Assembly (NCBI GenBank): GCA_044869275.1
Contig: JBIOXB010000005.1
Span: forward strand, 1 to 44,968
Direction: 5' to 3'
DNA length: 44,968 bases
Origin: a bacterium
GTDB lineage: Bacteria; Zhuqueibacterota; Zhuqueibacteria; Zhuqueibacterales; Zhuqueibacteraceae
Of this stretch, positions 1-10,702 are shown in pieces (the first letter of the stretch is position 1; each line of letters begins with the position of its first letter). The position numbers and the translations under genes were made by a program. The notes under the pieces are model-generated. The model had not been told where the DNA came from, did not search any database, and saw only the letters and a list, made by a program, of their open reading frames with translations.

Positions 1-210
1 GCGCTGCGCGCGTGGTCGTCGCCGGCCGGCCATGACCATGCGCGCAACCGCGGGCTCAACACCTACCTGGATCCTTCATCCGAATGCTTCAACGACTTTT
101 GATTCGTCGAGTGACACGAGATTCTCAAGTACGATACCTTTGCCGGTGTTTGCATTTCAAGAGCCATCCGGAACCGATGCCAACCAGCTACTATCTTCCC
201 GAGAGGCGCT

Positions 211-576
211 ATGGTTCATGGTTTTGTGCATATCGAAATCCCCAGCGCGAATTTGCAGCGCGCCGGCCGTTTTTATCGCGAGGTCTTCGGCTGGAAGATG
301 AATTACGTCGAGGAAGCGGATTATATGCAGTTCGAGACCGGAAGCGAAATCAACGGCGCCTTTTATCATTCGCCGGATCACACCGGCCGCCAGGGCGTCG
401 TGGTCTATGTTCACGTCGAGAACATTGAAGCCACGCTGGATTTGATCAACGCAAATGGCGGAAAGACTTTCGTGGCCAGAACGCCGGTGGAAAACATGGG
501 CAGCTTCGCACTGTTTCACGATCCCGACGGCAACGTGCTAGGTATTTGGGAGAATGAGCCTGAGGCGGCGAGTTGA
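211..576 (+). CDS. VOC family (glyoxalase/bleomycin resistance-like) protein
   Basis: VHIEIPSANLQRAGRFYREVFGW at the N-terminus and FALFHDPDGNVLGIWE at the C-terminus are typical VOC motifs. Confidence 0.9.
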   Translation: MVHGFVHIEIPSANLQRAGRFYREVFGWKMNYVEEADYMQFETGSEINGAFYHSPDHTGRQGVVVYVHVENIEATLDLINANGGKTFVARTPVENMGSFALFHDPDGNVLGIWENEPEAAS

Positions 577-1091
577 GGCGTTAACGCGCTGGCTTCCAGC
601 AGGCCTTGAGCCGGCCGGGGGCGTTGTTGCAAAAAAGCGAGGAAGCGCTGAAATTCATCATCCAATTGCGGCTGCCGCATTACGACCAGCTCGGATAGTT
701 TTTGGATGACATAGGGGGCGGGCACGTAGCCATAGATGTTGCGCTCGAGGTTGCGAAAAGCCAGAAGCTTCAGCAGGAGATTGCGGCTGGCAACAGCGAG
801 GATCGGAGGGCGGAGGCCGGGCAGAGCGGCGCTGGACTCGTGCAATAAGCGGCTGTGCCAATTTACCTGAGGGCCTAGCTTGCCGTTGACTTCCCGATCG
901 ATCAGAATCAGAATGTGCTCGCACACGGCGTAATACTTCAGCAAACAAATTGCTGCCTGCTCACCCCCGGCAGAGTCTTCTCCGTCTGCCAGCAACTGGC
1001 CGAGCGTCTGCGCCAAATCCCTCAGCTTCCCGGATTCGTTCTGAATCGGCGAGACCTGGGGAGGTAAATCGCGCTGATCCTTCGCGTGCAT
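516..1091 (-). CDS. HepT-like (HEPN) ribonuclease-family protein, possibly inactive
   Basis: YYAVCEHIL..IDREVNG....NWHSRLL.....LPGLRPPIL.....LLAFRNLERNIYG matches the HepT-like pattern (WH..LL, RP, FRH..R..YG); the motif has no His; 3' end overlaps the VOC gene. Confidence 0.7.
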   Translation of the reverse strand: MHAKDQRDLPPQVSPIQNESGKLRDLAQTLGQLLADGEDSAGGEQAAICLLKYYAVCEHILILIDREVNGKLGPQVNWHSRLLHESSAALPGLRPPILAVASRNLLLKLLAFRNLERNIYGYVPAPYVIQKLSELVVMRQPQLDDEFQRFLAFLQQRPRPAQGLLEASALTPQLAASGSFSQIPSTLPSGS

Positions 1092-1276
1092 GGCGAGGCT
1101 CTTTTTTTGTCAGGTTGATCGCACACTTCCTTGGCTACGAATCTAACCACCTCGATATCCAGCCTTGCCCTGTTCTAACAACAAATCGTTCCAGTTGCGG
1201 AAAGTGTTAGAGAAAATGAGTAACTATTTTTCTGTCTTGGCTCTTGCACAAGCCGGCTTAACCTCTCACTCGCACT

Positions 1277-2635
<1,359 letters not shown>

Positions 2636-2701
2636 ACCGGAATTCGGGAGGCCCTGCAGCAACCGGCCACGTTATGCCGCCGTCCCAATGCCAAGGAATC
2701 C

Positions 2702-3955
2702 ATGCTAAAGCCAACTCTAAGAACAATTTCTATCATCCTTTTGATTCTTACCCAAAAGGCCGGTGCCCAACCGGACCTTGCGGTATCTGCACATCAGATA
2801 AAAGATTTGCAGCCTACGGTCATCCTCATCGGCTTTGACGGTTTTCGCAACGATTACATGGACAAAACCGATACTCCTTATTTGCATCGCTTGACCGCGG
2901 AGGGCGTGCGCGCGCAAGGGATGATCCCGGCTTTTCCTTCCAAGACCTTTCCCAATTTTTACTGCCTCGCCACCGGGCTTTATCCGGAGAACAATGGCAT
3001 CGTCGGCAACACCATGTTCGATCCCGAATTCAATGCCCGTTTTAGAATGAGTGATCGCGGGGCGGTGGAAGACGGGCGCTGGTGGGGCGGCGAGCCGATT
3101 TGGGTGACCGCGGAGCGGCAAGGACAAAAATGCGGCATCTTCTTCTGGGTGGGCTCCGAGGCCGAGATCGCAGGCGTGCGCCCCACCTATTGGAAGCGAT
3201 ACGACAGCATGATTCCAAATGCCGAACGCGTGGCCCAGGCGCTGGCGTGGCTGGATTTACCCGCCGCTCAACGCCCTCGTTTTGTTGCGCTGTATTTCAG
3301 CGACGCGGACCATTTTGGCCATCGCCACGGCCCGGATTCGCCCGAGGTTATCAAAGCCATTCAAGAACTGGACGGGACTCTCGGCTCGCTGTTGCAGGGA
3401 CTGGAAACGCGCGGCATTTTCGAGCGCGTGAATATCATCGTCGTCGCGGATCACGGCATGTCGGCGACGAGCAAGGAACGCGTGATTTATTTGCGCGATT
3501 ACGTCGACCTGAGCGCGGTAGAAGTCATCGATGGCTCGCCCGCAGTGACACTGCGGCCTCTGCAGAACAACGAGGAAGAAATCTATCGCGCGCTGGCACA
3601 CGCGCATCCGCACATGCAGGTTTATCGCAAAGACACCATGCCGGCGCGCTTTCATTACACACGCCATCGCCGCATTCCACCTCTTCTATGCCTGGCCGAC
3701 GACGGCTGGACGATCAATACACGCGCAGCTTCGGACACCAGCCGATCATTCTGGGATAACGGCGCGCACGGTTATGACAATTTGCTGCCTTCCATGCGCG
3801 CGACCTTTATCGCGCACGGCCCGGCTTTTCGCAAAGGATTGGCGGCGCAGCCGTTTCAAAATATTCACGTGTATGATCTGATCGCCCATATACTGCGCTT
3901 GCAACCGGCGCCCAATGACGGCAGCCTCGATTCCGTGCGGGTGTTGATGAAATAA
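2702..3955 (+). CDS. Secreted ectonucleotide pyrophosphatase/phosphodiesterase (alkaline phosphatase superfamily)
   Basis: Signal peptide; IGFDGFR, PSKTFPN (catalytic Thr), WWGGEPIW, DHFGH, ADHGM, GAHGYDN motifs. Confidence 0.93.
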   Translation: MLKPTLRTISIILLILTQKAGAQPDLAVSAHQIKDLQPTVILIGFDGFRNDYMDKTDTPYLHRLTAEGVRAQGMIPAFPSKTFPNFYCLATGLYPENNGIVGNTMFDPEFNARFRMSDRGAVEDGRWWGGEPIWVTAERQGQKCGIFFWVGSEAEIAGVRPTYWKRYDSMIPNAERVAQALAWLDLPAAQRPRFVALYFSDADHFGHRHGPDSPEVIKAIQELDGTLGSLLQGLETRGIFERVNIIVVADHGMSATSKERVIYLRDYVDLSAVEVIDGSPAVTLRPLQNNEEEIYRALAHAHPHMQVYRKDTMPARFHYTRHRRIPPLLCLADDGWTINTRAASDTSRSFWDNGAHGYDNLLPSMRATFIAHGPAFRKGLAAQPFQNIHVYDLIAHILRLQPAPNDGSLDSVRVLMK

Positions 3956-4093
3956 GAACGGGGGTTGCAGAGATTTTCAGGCGAGGTCGCCAGGCATACC
4001 AAGAGAGCCCAGCAGCCTTGTGTATGGCGGATTCAAGCTCAAAAGGTGCAAATGTCTTTGGAATTTGGACATCGCGCGTTTTCAGAGGCCCTG

Positions 4094-4990
4094 ATGTCGC
4101 CGGCAGATCACTTCATCGATCTCGCTCTGGCTGAAGACTTGGCGGAGCGGGGCGATATTACCACGCAAGCAGTGGCTGCGAATCTCAGCGAAGCCTCTGA
4201 CCACGAGGCCGAAGCCGTCATCATCGCCAAATCCGCGGGCGTCGTGGCCGGCATCGAGATCGTCCGGCGTGTTTTCCAAAGAGCGCGGCCACCGATTCGG
4301 GTTGAAGTTTTGGTGCCCGATGGTAAAAGCGTCGTGCCCCAGACGATCGTCACACGTTTGCACGGAGCCTCAACCGCAATTCTCACCCATGAACGCACGG
4401 CGCTCAATTTCTTGCAGCCACTCTCCGGGATTGCCACGCTCACACGCCGGTTCGTCCAAGCCGTGGCCGGCACGCCAGCAACCATTCTGGACACGCGCAA
4501 AACCACGCCCGGCTGGCGGTTGCTGGAAAAATATGCGGTGCGCTGTGGCGGCGGCGCGAACCATCGCATGGGGCTGCACGACATGTTTTTGCTCAAAGAA
4601 AACCACATTGCCGCCGCCGGAAACCTCGGCCGCGCCGTACAGTGTTGCCGTGATTACAACGCCACGCACCACGCCAACTGGCGCATCGAAGTCGAAACAA
4701 AAAATCTGGCTGAAGTCGAGGAATGCCTGGCGCTGGAGGTCGATCGCATCATGCTGGACAACATGGCGTTGGAAGAAATGCGAAAAGCCGTCGCGCTGGT
4801 GGCCGGACGCATTTCATTGGAGGCCTCCGGCAACGTAAATGTGGAAACCGTGCGTGCCATCGCCGCAACCGGCGTCGATTTCATCTCCATTGGCGCGCTG
4901 ACGCATTCTGCCCCGGCCATGGATTTTTCACTTTTGCTTCAGAAAACGCAGCAGAGCGATTCACGGCTTACACTTCATGGCAAAACGTGA
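4094..4990 (+). CDS. nadC: Nicotinate-nucleotide diphosphorylase (quinolinate phosphoribosyltransferase)
   Basis: ALAED..GDITT, ERTALNFLQ.LSGIAT, DTRKTTPG, NHRMGL.D, LKENH, IEVE, MLDN, EASG, ISIGALTHSA; start trimmed to ATG at 4094. Confidence 0.95.
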   Translation: MSPADHFIDLALAEDLAERGDITTQAVAANLSEASDHEAEAVIIAKSAGVVAGIEIVRRVFQRARPPIRVEVLVPDGKSVVPQTIVTRLHGASTAILTHERTALNFLQPLSGIATLTRRFVQAVAGTPATILDTRKTTPGWRLLEKYAVRCGGGANHRMGLHDMFLLKENHIAAAGNLGRAVQCCRDYNATHHANWRIEVETKNLAEVEECLALEVDRIMLDNMALEEMRKAVALVAGRISLEASGNVNVETVRAIAATGVDFISIGALTHSAPAMDFSLLLQKTQQSDSRLTLHGKT

Positions 4991-5020
4991 GACGTGAGAC
5001 GTGAGATGTGAGATGTGAAC
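4986..5020. repeat. Tandem 7-mer array (YGTGAGA)x5
   Basis: cgtgaga cgtgaga cgtgaga tgtgaga tgtgaac; supplies the nadC stop codon. Confidence 0.85.
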
Positions 5021-5028
5021 CGTAGAGC

Positions 5029-5526
5029 ATGAACGTCTTCCAAAGGAGGAACATGCCTCCACTCTTCGTTGCGGTCTTGGATAATATTCGCAGCCTGCAC
5101 AACGTCGGCTCGATTTTTCGTACGGCGGATGGCGCCGGCGTGGGCAAGCTATACCTTTGCGGCATGACCGGAACGCCGCCGCGGGCTGAAATCCGTAAAG
5201 CGGCACTGGGTGCCGAAGAAACCATGCCGTGGGAATATTTCGCAAGCACCGGCATGGCATTGCAAAGCTTGCGCGAGCAAGGCTATCATCTCGTTGCGCT
5301 CGAAAATGCCTCCACCAGCCAGGATTATCGCGCCGCTCTCCTCCCCTTCCCTCTCGCCCTGGTCATCGGCCACGAATTTGAAGGCATTGCGCTGGAGGTT
5401 TTGACGCAATGCGAGCTGGCCCTTTCGCTGCCGATGCATGGTCACAAAACCTCGCTCAATGTCGCCGTCGCCTTCGGCATCGCTGCTTATGAAATCTCCC
5501 GCCAGTTGCAAGCTTCTCCGCGGTGA
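5029..5526 (+). CDS. TrmH/SpoU family RNA methyltransferase
   Basis: LDNIRSLHNVGSIFRTAD, KAALGAE, IGHEFEG, LPMHGHKTSLNVAVAFGI SPOUT motifs. Confidence 0.93.
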   Translation: MNVFQRRNMPPLFVAVLDNIRSLHNVGSIFRTADGAGVGKLYLCGMTGTPPRAEIRKAALGAEETMPWEYFASTGMALQSLREQGYHLVALENASTSQDYRAALLPFPLALVIGHEFEGIALEVLTQCELALSLPMHGHKTSLNVAVAFGIAAYEISRQLQASPR

Positions 5527-5681
5527 ACTGACCCCCCAAAAAACTCGAGTGTTTTTACATTTTCGCTGTGTCTATAAGATGAAGCCAGTTGCTGCGCGTG
5601 ACAGCGACCTGGTTGATGCAAATCTGTGCTTAACAGTGCATGGATTTTTATTATCAATAGTCGTGCAACCAGGGAGAGCAT

Positions 5682-8675
5682 ATGCGCCCAGACGAAAATG
5701 TGGGTAGAGGCCAAGTCGCTACAGAGCGCCGGCCCAATTTAAGAAAATTGCAATCACTCAGACCGGCTCTGACCGCCGAGCAGCGCAAGCTCAAGCTCGT
5801 GCTGCAAGTTTTGGGCTACGTCTTCTTCGCGGCGGTGCTTTTGTATGGAGTGGGGCCGTTCTTGCAACCCACGCAAGGCGTTTTTCGGCAACTGCCCTTC
5901 GTTTCCAATTCGGTGGTAAAAGTTTATGGGTTGATGTTGATCTGCCTGTATGCCTCTGGAGATCTGAAGAAAAGACACAACCTCGTGCCAATTTTCATCG
6001 CGGCGCATGCGCTTTCGCTGCTGGCGATGCTCGTCTTTTTCATAGCCCTTGATACCAGTTATCTCGTCGAGGTCGGCCCCGCACAGATGCCGATCGGCGC
6101 TGTGCTCTTGCTGGCTGGCGTCCTGGACTTGGTGATCGGCGGTATGGTGGCTTTCTTCTATGTGCAGGCGCGTTTTAGTTTAATGAGAATCTTGCTCACG
6201 GGCGTGAAGGAGAATTTGCAGCGCTTTTGGCAAAATACCCGGCAGATATTCAGCGTGCTCGGCTGGATGCGCCCCGCGGTGCCGGTGGAATTGACCGGCG
6301 CAGAAAAATGGATGCGCCTCGCGCTCGTGGGGTTCGGCAGTTTGTTCGCGCTGGCGGCGGTGGGCTATGAAGTGGGCCCGCTGCTGTCGTCCTACCGCGG
6401 CTTTTTCGTGGAGCTGCCGTTTGTGTCGAACTCTGCCGTCAAGGCCGGTATTCTCGCCCTCCTCGGTTTCTACGCCGCAAAAGACATTCGCAACAATCTA
6501 CCTATCGCCGGCATCGTCATCGCCGGCCACCTCGTTTCGGCCTTGACGCAATCAGTTTTCCTGCTCTTCAAGAATACCTCCTTCCTCGTCGAGTTTGGCA
6601 CGCACACGCACATGATGAAGCACCTCTTGCTGGGATCGATTGTGCTCGACGGCGTGATCGCCCTGGTGTTGCTCGTGCTTTACCATCGCGCCTGGCAGGA
6701 GCGGCACGGGCTGAGGTTTTTGGGCGGGATCGAATATCGCACTTTGGTTGCGCTCGCCGAGGTGCTGGTACGCGGAGATAAGGAACGCGTGCCGCCCGAG
6801 CAGATCGCAGCGCGCGTCGATCACTACCTCAGCCAGATTCGCGCGCGGCGGTTATGGGTCTATCGCGCGGTGTTATTCGGCATCTTCCTTCATCCGCAGC
6901 TCTATTTCAAGGCGCCCTTTCCAGAACTGGATGAGGAGGCGCGCTTGCAACATCTCAAAAAACATTTTTATCGCGAGGTGCTCATCAAATTTCTGCCCAA
7001 TTTCATCCGTTTATTCGTGCAACAAATGATTCGCGTGGCCAAACAGCTCACCTATGTGGGCTACTACAGCGATCCCAAAACTTTCGAAGACGTGGGCTAT
7101 GAGCTCTTCTCCAAACGGAAAGGCCGCGGCGCCGCGGCGATTCGGCCATCTGCGCCGCATCCCTTGAAAGTGCAACGCTTGCCCGAGCTGCGCGTGGAAA
7201 ATCTGGACACCGACGTGTGCATCATCGGCAGCGGTGCGGGCGGCGCCATACTCGCCTACTTCCTCGCCAAAGCCGGACGCGAAGTGACGCTGGTGGAGCG
7301 CGGCCAATACGTCGAGCCACGCGACTTCAGCGAGGATGAAGTGGACATGGTAGGCAAGCTGTATGCCGACGGCGCGCTCCAGCAGACGCAGGATTTCAGT
7401 TTCACCATCTTGCAGGGAAGCTGCGTCGGTGGCACCACGGTGGTAAACAATGCCGTGTGCTTTTCGCCTCCCGAGGAAGTGCTGCACAAATGGAACGCCC
7501 CTCACCTTCACGATGCCGGTGTGAATGTCAAAGAATTCTATGAAAGTGATGCTGCCGTGCGCAAGTTTCTCGACATCCAAAAGCAGAATCAGGCGCGGCT
7601 CAATCCCTCCGGTGAAATCTTTCTGAAGGGCATCAAGAAATTCAACAGCGCCGGCGGGCATATGGCGGCCGACGTGGTCAGTGCGAATATCAAAGACTGT
7701 CATGGCTGCGGCTACTGCAATATGGGTTGCGCCTACGGCAAAAAGCTTTCCATGCTGGATACCGCGCTGCCCTGGGCGCAGCGTGATTTTCCCGGCCGTG
7801 TGCAAATCGTGGCGGAATGCGAAGTGCGGCGCCTGCAGGCGAACGGCAGAGGGATTCATCACCTTGAAGCGAAACGGCCCGATGGCAGCAAGGTGCGCGT
7901 GCGCGCGAAAGCTTTTGTGCTGTCCGCGGGCGCCATTGCCTCGAGCTATTTGTTGCTGCGCAGCAAAGTGGCCAGGCATCTGCCGGTGGGCCGGCATCTC
8001 GCCTTCAACATGGGCTCATATCTCACTGCGGATTTTGACGATGCGATCAACGCGCACGAGGGTTTGCAAATTTCACATTACGGCATTCCCCAGCCCTGGC
8101 GCGGCTTCGTGTTCGAAACATGGTGGAATCCGCCCGTGGTGCAGGCGCTCAACATGCCTGGATGGTTTGAGGAGCACTTCAGCAACATGCTGCGTTACAA
8201 TCACATGATGGCCGTGGGGGTGCTGGTGGGCACTAATGGCAATGCCCGAGTGAAACGCGCGCTCACGGGAGGGCCGGACGTGGCCTATAAACCCGAGGCG
8301 GAAGACCTGAGCAAATTAGCGGAAGGCTTGAAGACACTCGGGGACATTCTCTTCAAAGCCGGGGCTGAGCGCGTGATGGTCAATACCGCGGGCTACGAAG
8401 TTTTCGAGAAACCCGAAGAATTGTCGCGCCTGGATAAAATCGCGATGGACCCGAGCTATATCACGCTCGGCACCGGCCACCCGCAAGGCGGCAACGGCAT
8501 GAGCCAGGATCCCCGGCGCGGCGTGGTCGATCCCAATTTTCGCGTGCACGGTTACGATAATCTCTACGTCTGCGATGCCAGCGTGTTTCCGAGCAGCTTG
8601 ACGGTGAATCCGCAGTTGACCATCATGACGCTGGCGCATTATGCGGCCTCGCGTATGTCATCGGCTGGTCTTTGA
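5682..8675 (+). CDS. GMC-family oxidoreductase fused to a duplicated N-terminal membrane module
   Basis: IIGSGAGG FAD motif, GSCVGGTTVVN, CHGCGYCNMGC, GHPQGG, YVCDASVFPSSLTVNPQLTIM; N-terminal ~340 aa are hydrophobic with two copies of an LPFVSNS-containing unit. Confidence 0.88.
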   Translation: MRPDENVGRGQVATERRPNLRKLQSLRPALTAEQRKLKLVLQVLGYVFFAAVLLYGVGPFLQPTQGVFRQLPFVSNSVVKVYGLMLICLYASGDLKKRHNLVPIFIAAHALSLLAMLVFFIALDTSYLVEVGPAQMPIGAVLLLAGVLDLVIGGMVAFFYVQARFSLMRILLTGVKENLQRFWQNTRQIFSVLGWMRPAVPVELTGAEKWMRLALVGFGSLFALAAVGYEVGPLLSSYRGFFVELPFVSNSAVKAGILALLGFYAAKDIRNNLPIAGIVIAGHLVSALTQSVFLLFKNTSFLVEFGTHTHMMKHLLLGSIVLDGVIALVLLVLYHRAWQERHGLRFLGGIEYRTLVALAEVLVRGDKERVPPEQIAARVDHYLSQIRARRLWVYRAVLFGIFLHPQLYFKAPFPELDEEARLQHLKKHFYREVLIKFLPNFIRLFVQQMIRVAKQLTYVGYYSDPKTFEDVGYELFSKRKGRGAAAIRPSAPHPLKVQRLPELRVENLDTDVCIIGSGAGGAILAYFLAKAGREVTLVERGQYVEPRDFSEDEVDMVGKLYADGALQQTQDFSFTILQGSCVGGTTVVNNAVCFSPPEEVLHKWNAPHLHDAGVNVKEFYESDAAVRKFLDIQKQNQARLNPSGEIFLKGIKKFNSAGGHMAADVVSANIKDCHGCGYCNMGCAYGKKLSMLDTALPWAQRDFPGRVQIVAECEVRRLQANGRGIHHLEAKRPDGSKVRVRAKAFVLSAGAIASSYLLLRSKVARHLPVGRHLAFNMGSYLTADFDDAINAHEGLQISHYGIPQPWRGFVFETWWNPPVVQALNMPGWFEEHFSNMLRYNHMMAVGVLVGTNGNARVKRALTGGPDVAYKPEAEDLSKLAEGLKTLGDILFKAGAERVMVNTAGYEVFEKPEELSRLDKIAMDPSYITLGTGHPQGGNGMSQDPRRGVVDPNFRVHGYDNLYVCDASVFPSSLTVNPQLTIMTLAHYAASRMSSAGL

Positions 8676-8897
8676 TGGATGGCTTGTATCCCATCCTCAC
8701 CAAATACGGTTTGGAGCTTTTGGCGTGGATGAAATTGCGCTGGCAACTGTTCAAATGGCTGCGCTGGCTCACGATGGTTTGACCGCTTGCTTTTGCACGC
8801 CTCGCTGATTACTTTATCCACCAGCCAACAAAATCGGGCCTGCGTCATGTGCGGTCCGGCTCTTTTTCAGCTTAACGGAAATTGAGGAAAGGAAGGC

Positions 8898-9905
8898 ATG
8901 AAGATTCGCGTTGCGCAATTCGGGCTCGGCCCGATCGGGCAAGCTTGTGTAAAAGCCTTGCAACAAAAGCCCGCGGTGGAACTGGTGGGAGGAATCGATA
9001 TCGATCCGGCGAAAAGCGGCCGCGACCTTGGCGAAATTTGCGGCTTGAAAAAACCGCTGGGCGTGAGCGTGCGGCAGGATACTGAAGCCGCGCTGGCAGA
9101 ATGGCGGCCGCACGTGGTGCTGCATACCACCAGCTCGTTTTTGGATCGCATTGAGGATCAGTTGGCGAGCATCATTCGCGCCGGTGCCAGCATCGTTTCT
9201 TCAAGCGAAGAATTGTTCTTCCCGTTCGAGCGCCATCCGGGTTTTTGCCAACGCCTCGACCAACTGGCGCAACAACACCGCGTCGCCGTCGTCGCGACCG
9301 GCGTGAATCCGGGTTTTACCATGGATATCCTGCCGCTGTGTTTGACCGGCGTCTGCACGAAGGTAGAGTCGATCAGAATTTTTCGCTATGCCGATGCCAG
9401 CAATCGCCGTCTGCCTTTTCAGCAAAAAATCGGCGCGGGCCTCGCGGCCGCAGAATTCCAGGAGAAAGTCGCCTCCGGCACCTTCGGCCACATCGGCTTG
9501 CGCGAATCGGCCTTTACCGTGGCGCGAGCGTTGCAGTGGGAAATTTCTGCCTTCCAAGAAACGATCGATCCGGTGATTGCCACGCAAAGGGTTAAAACGC
9601 CTTTTCTCACCGTGGAAAAAGGGCAAGTGGCGGGGATTCATCAAACGTTGAATTGCCGCATTGGCACGAAAGAGGCTTTGGTGTTCGATTGGAGGATGTA
9701 CGTAGGCGCGGAGGAGACGGTGGATGGTGTGGACCTCACCGGCGATCCGCCCATTGCAATGCGCATCCCCGGCGGGGTGTTCGGCGACACCGGCACCATT
9801 GGCGCGCTGGTGAATGCGATTCCAAAAATCATGCAGGCCCGGCCCGGCCTGCGCACAATGGTTGATTTACCCGTGCCGTATGCCTTTTTAGGGCAATTCG
9901 AATAG
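8898..9905 (+). CDS. NAD(P)-dependent amine dehydrogenase (2,4-diaminopentanoate dehydrogenase/DapB-like family)
   Basis: Rossmann GLGPIG, SSSEEL, TGVNPGF.MD, KIGAG, C-terminal GG..GD.GT...VNAIP....ARPGL.TM.DLP; RBS aggaagg. Confidence 0.8.
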   Translation: MKIRVAQFGLGPIGQACVKALQQKPAVELVGGIDIDPAKSGRDLGEICGLKKPLGVSVRQDTEAALAEWRPHVVLHTTSSFLDRIEDQLASIIRAGASIVSSSEELFFPFERHPGFCQRLDQLAQQHRVAVVATGVNPGFTMDILPLCLTGVCTKVESIRIFRYADASNRRLPFQQKIGAGLAAAEFQEKVASGTFGHIGLRESAFTVARALQWEISAFQETIDPVIATQRVKTPFLTVEKGQVAGIHQTLNCRIGTKEALVFDWRMYVGAEETVDGVDLTGDPPIAMRIPGGVFGDTGTIGALVNAIPKIMQARPGLRTMVDLPVPYAFLGQFE

Positions 9906-9920
9906 CATGTGCTCAAGCGC

Positions 9921-10053
9921 TGGATTGATGGATAGTTGGATTTCCAGAATTCGATTCATTCAACGATCCAGCAATCCAATAATCCAACGCTCCATTCATT
10001 CAACGATCCAGTAATCCATCAATCCAATAATCCAATGCTCCATTCCTCCAACA
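9921..10053. repeat. Inverted arrays of degenerate 8-mers (TGGATTGA / AATCCAAT type)
   Basis: tggattga tggatagt tgga followed by many aatccaat/aatccatc/gatccagc units, lying between two convergent genes. Confidence 0.8.
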
Positions 10054-10067
10054 AGCCGTTGCCCTTT

Positions 10068-10679
10068 TTAGAAGGTCCACGCCAGGCCGATGCGCGGCAA
10101 ATGCAGAAATTCATACACGTCGCTCCACGGCGTGTATAAAATGTCATAATCGCACACGATGGCGAGCGCGCTTCTTTGGATGAAGTATTCGCCTTGAAAT
10201 CCGCCGATGAGACTGAATTTTGTCTCGTCGTGCTTTTGATCGATCGTATTCTTCACCTGCAAATTATAACCGCCAAAGCCCGCATGCCCGTTGACAAATG
10301 CTTTGCCGAGATGTATGAGGTTGTATTGAAATTCCAAATTCACGTTGTACATGTCGGAAGTGACGAGATCTTCGCCCAAATCGAACTCATCGGAAATATA
10401 ATACAGCGACAGCTTGAATTGGCGGGACCGGCTCAACTGATTGGCATAAGTCAACTTGACCGTCCGGCCATACTGCACCGCTAGCGAACTGGAGTGAATG
10501 GTGTGATAGTACCAGTTTTGCTGCGCCGGGCTCGTTGCCGGCAGAGATGCCATGATCGTGACCATCAATAGGATTAGCCCTCGAAGATTGAGGATCGAGG
10601 ATCGAGGATCGAATAATGGGCCCCTCACGATCTTCAATCTTCTAACTTCGATCTTCGACATCAACTTCTCTTCAAACAT
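10068..10679 (-). CDS. TraO-like outer-membrane beta-barrel of T4SS
   Basis: Signal peptide, alternating beta-strands, terminal Phe; C-terminus FSLIGGFQGEYFI...SDVYEFLHLPRIGLAWTF resembles Bacteroidetes CTn TraO; start uncertain (RBS gaggtgg before ATG 10679). Confidence 0.65.
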   Translation of the reverse strand: MFEEKLMSKIEVRRLKIVRGPLFDPRSSILNLRGLILLMVTIMASLPATSPAQQNWYYHTIHSSSLAVQYGRTVKLTYANQLSRSRQFKLSLYYISDEFDLGEDLVTSDMYNVNLEFQYNLIHLGKAFVNGHAGFGGYNLQVKNTIDQKHDETKFSLIGGFQGEYFIQRSALAIVCDYDILYTPWSDVYEFLHLPRIGLAWTF

Positions 10680-10702
10680 AACCACCTCTTCTGCCCTGCC
10701 GA

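Noticed and set aside
9936..10139. 67-aa ORF with periodic Q/S/N/P sequence
   Set aside because: Translation of the 8-mer repeat array
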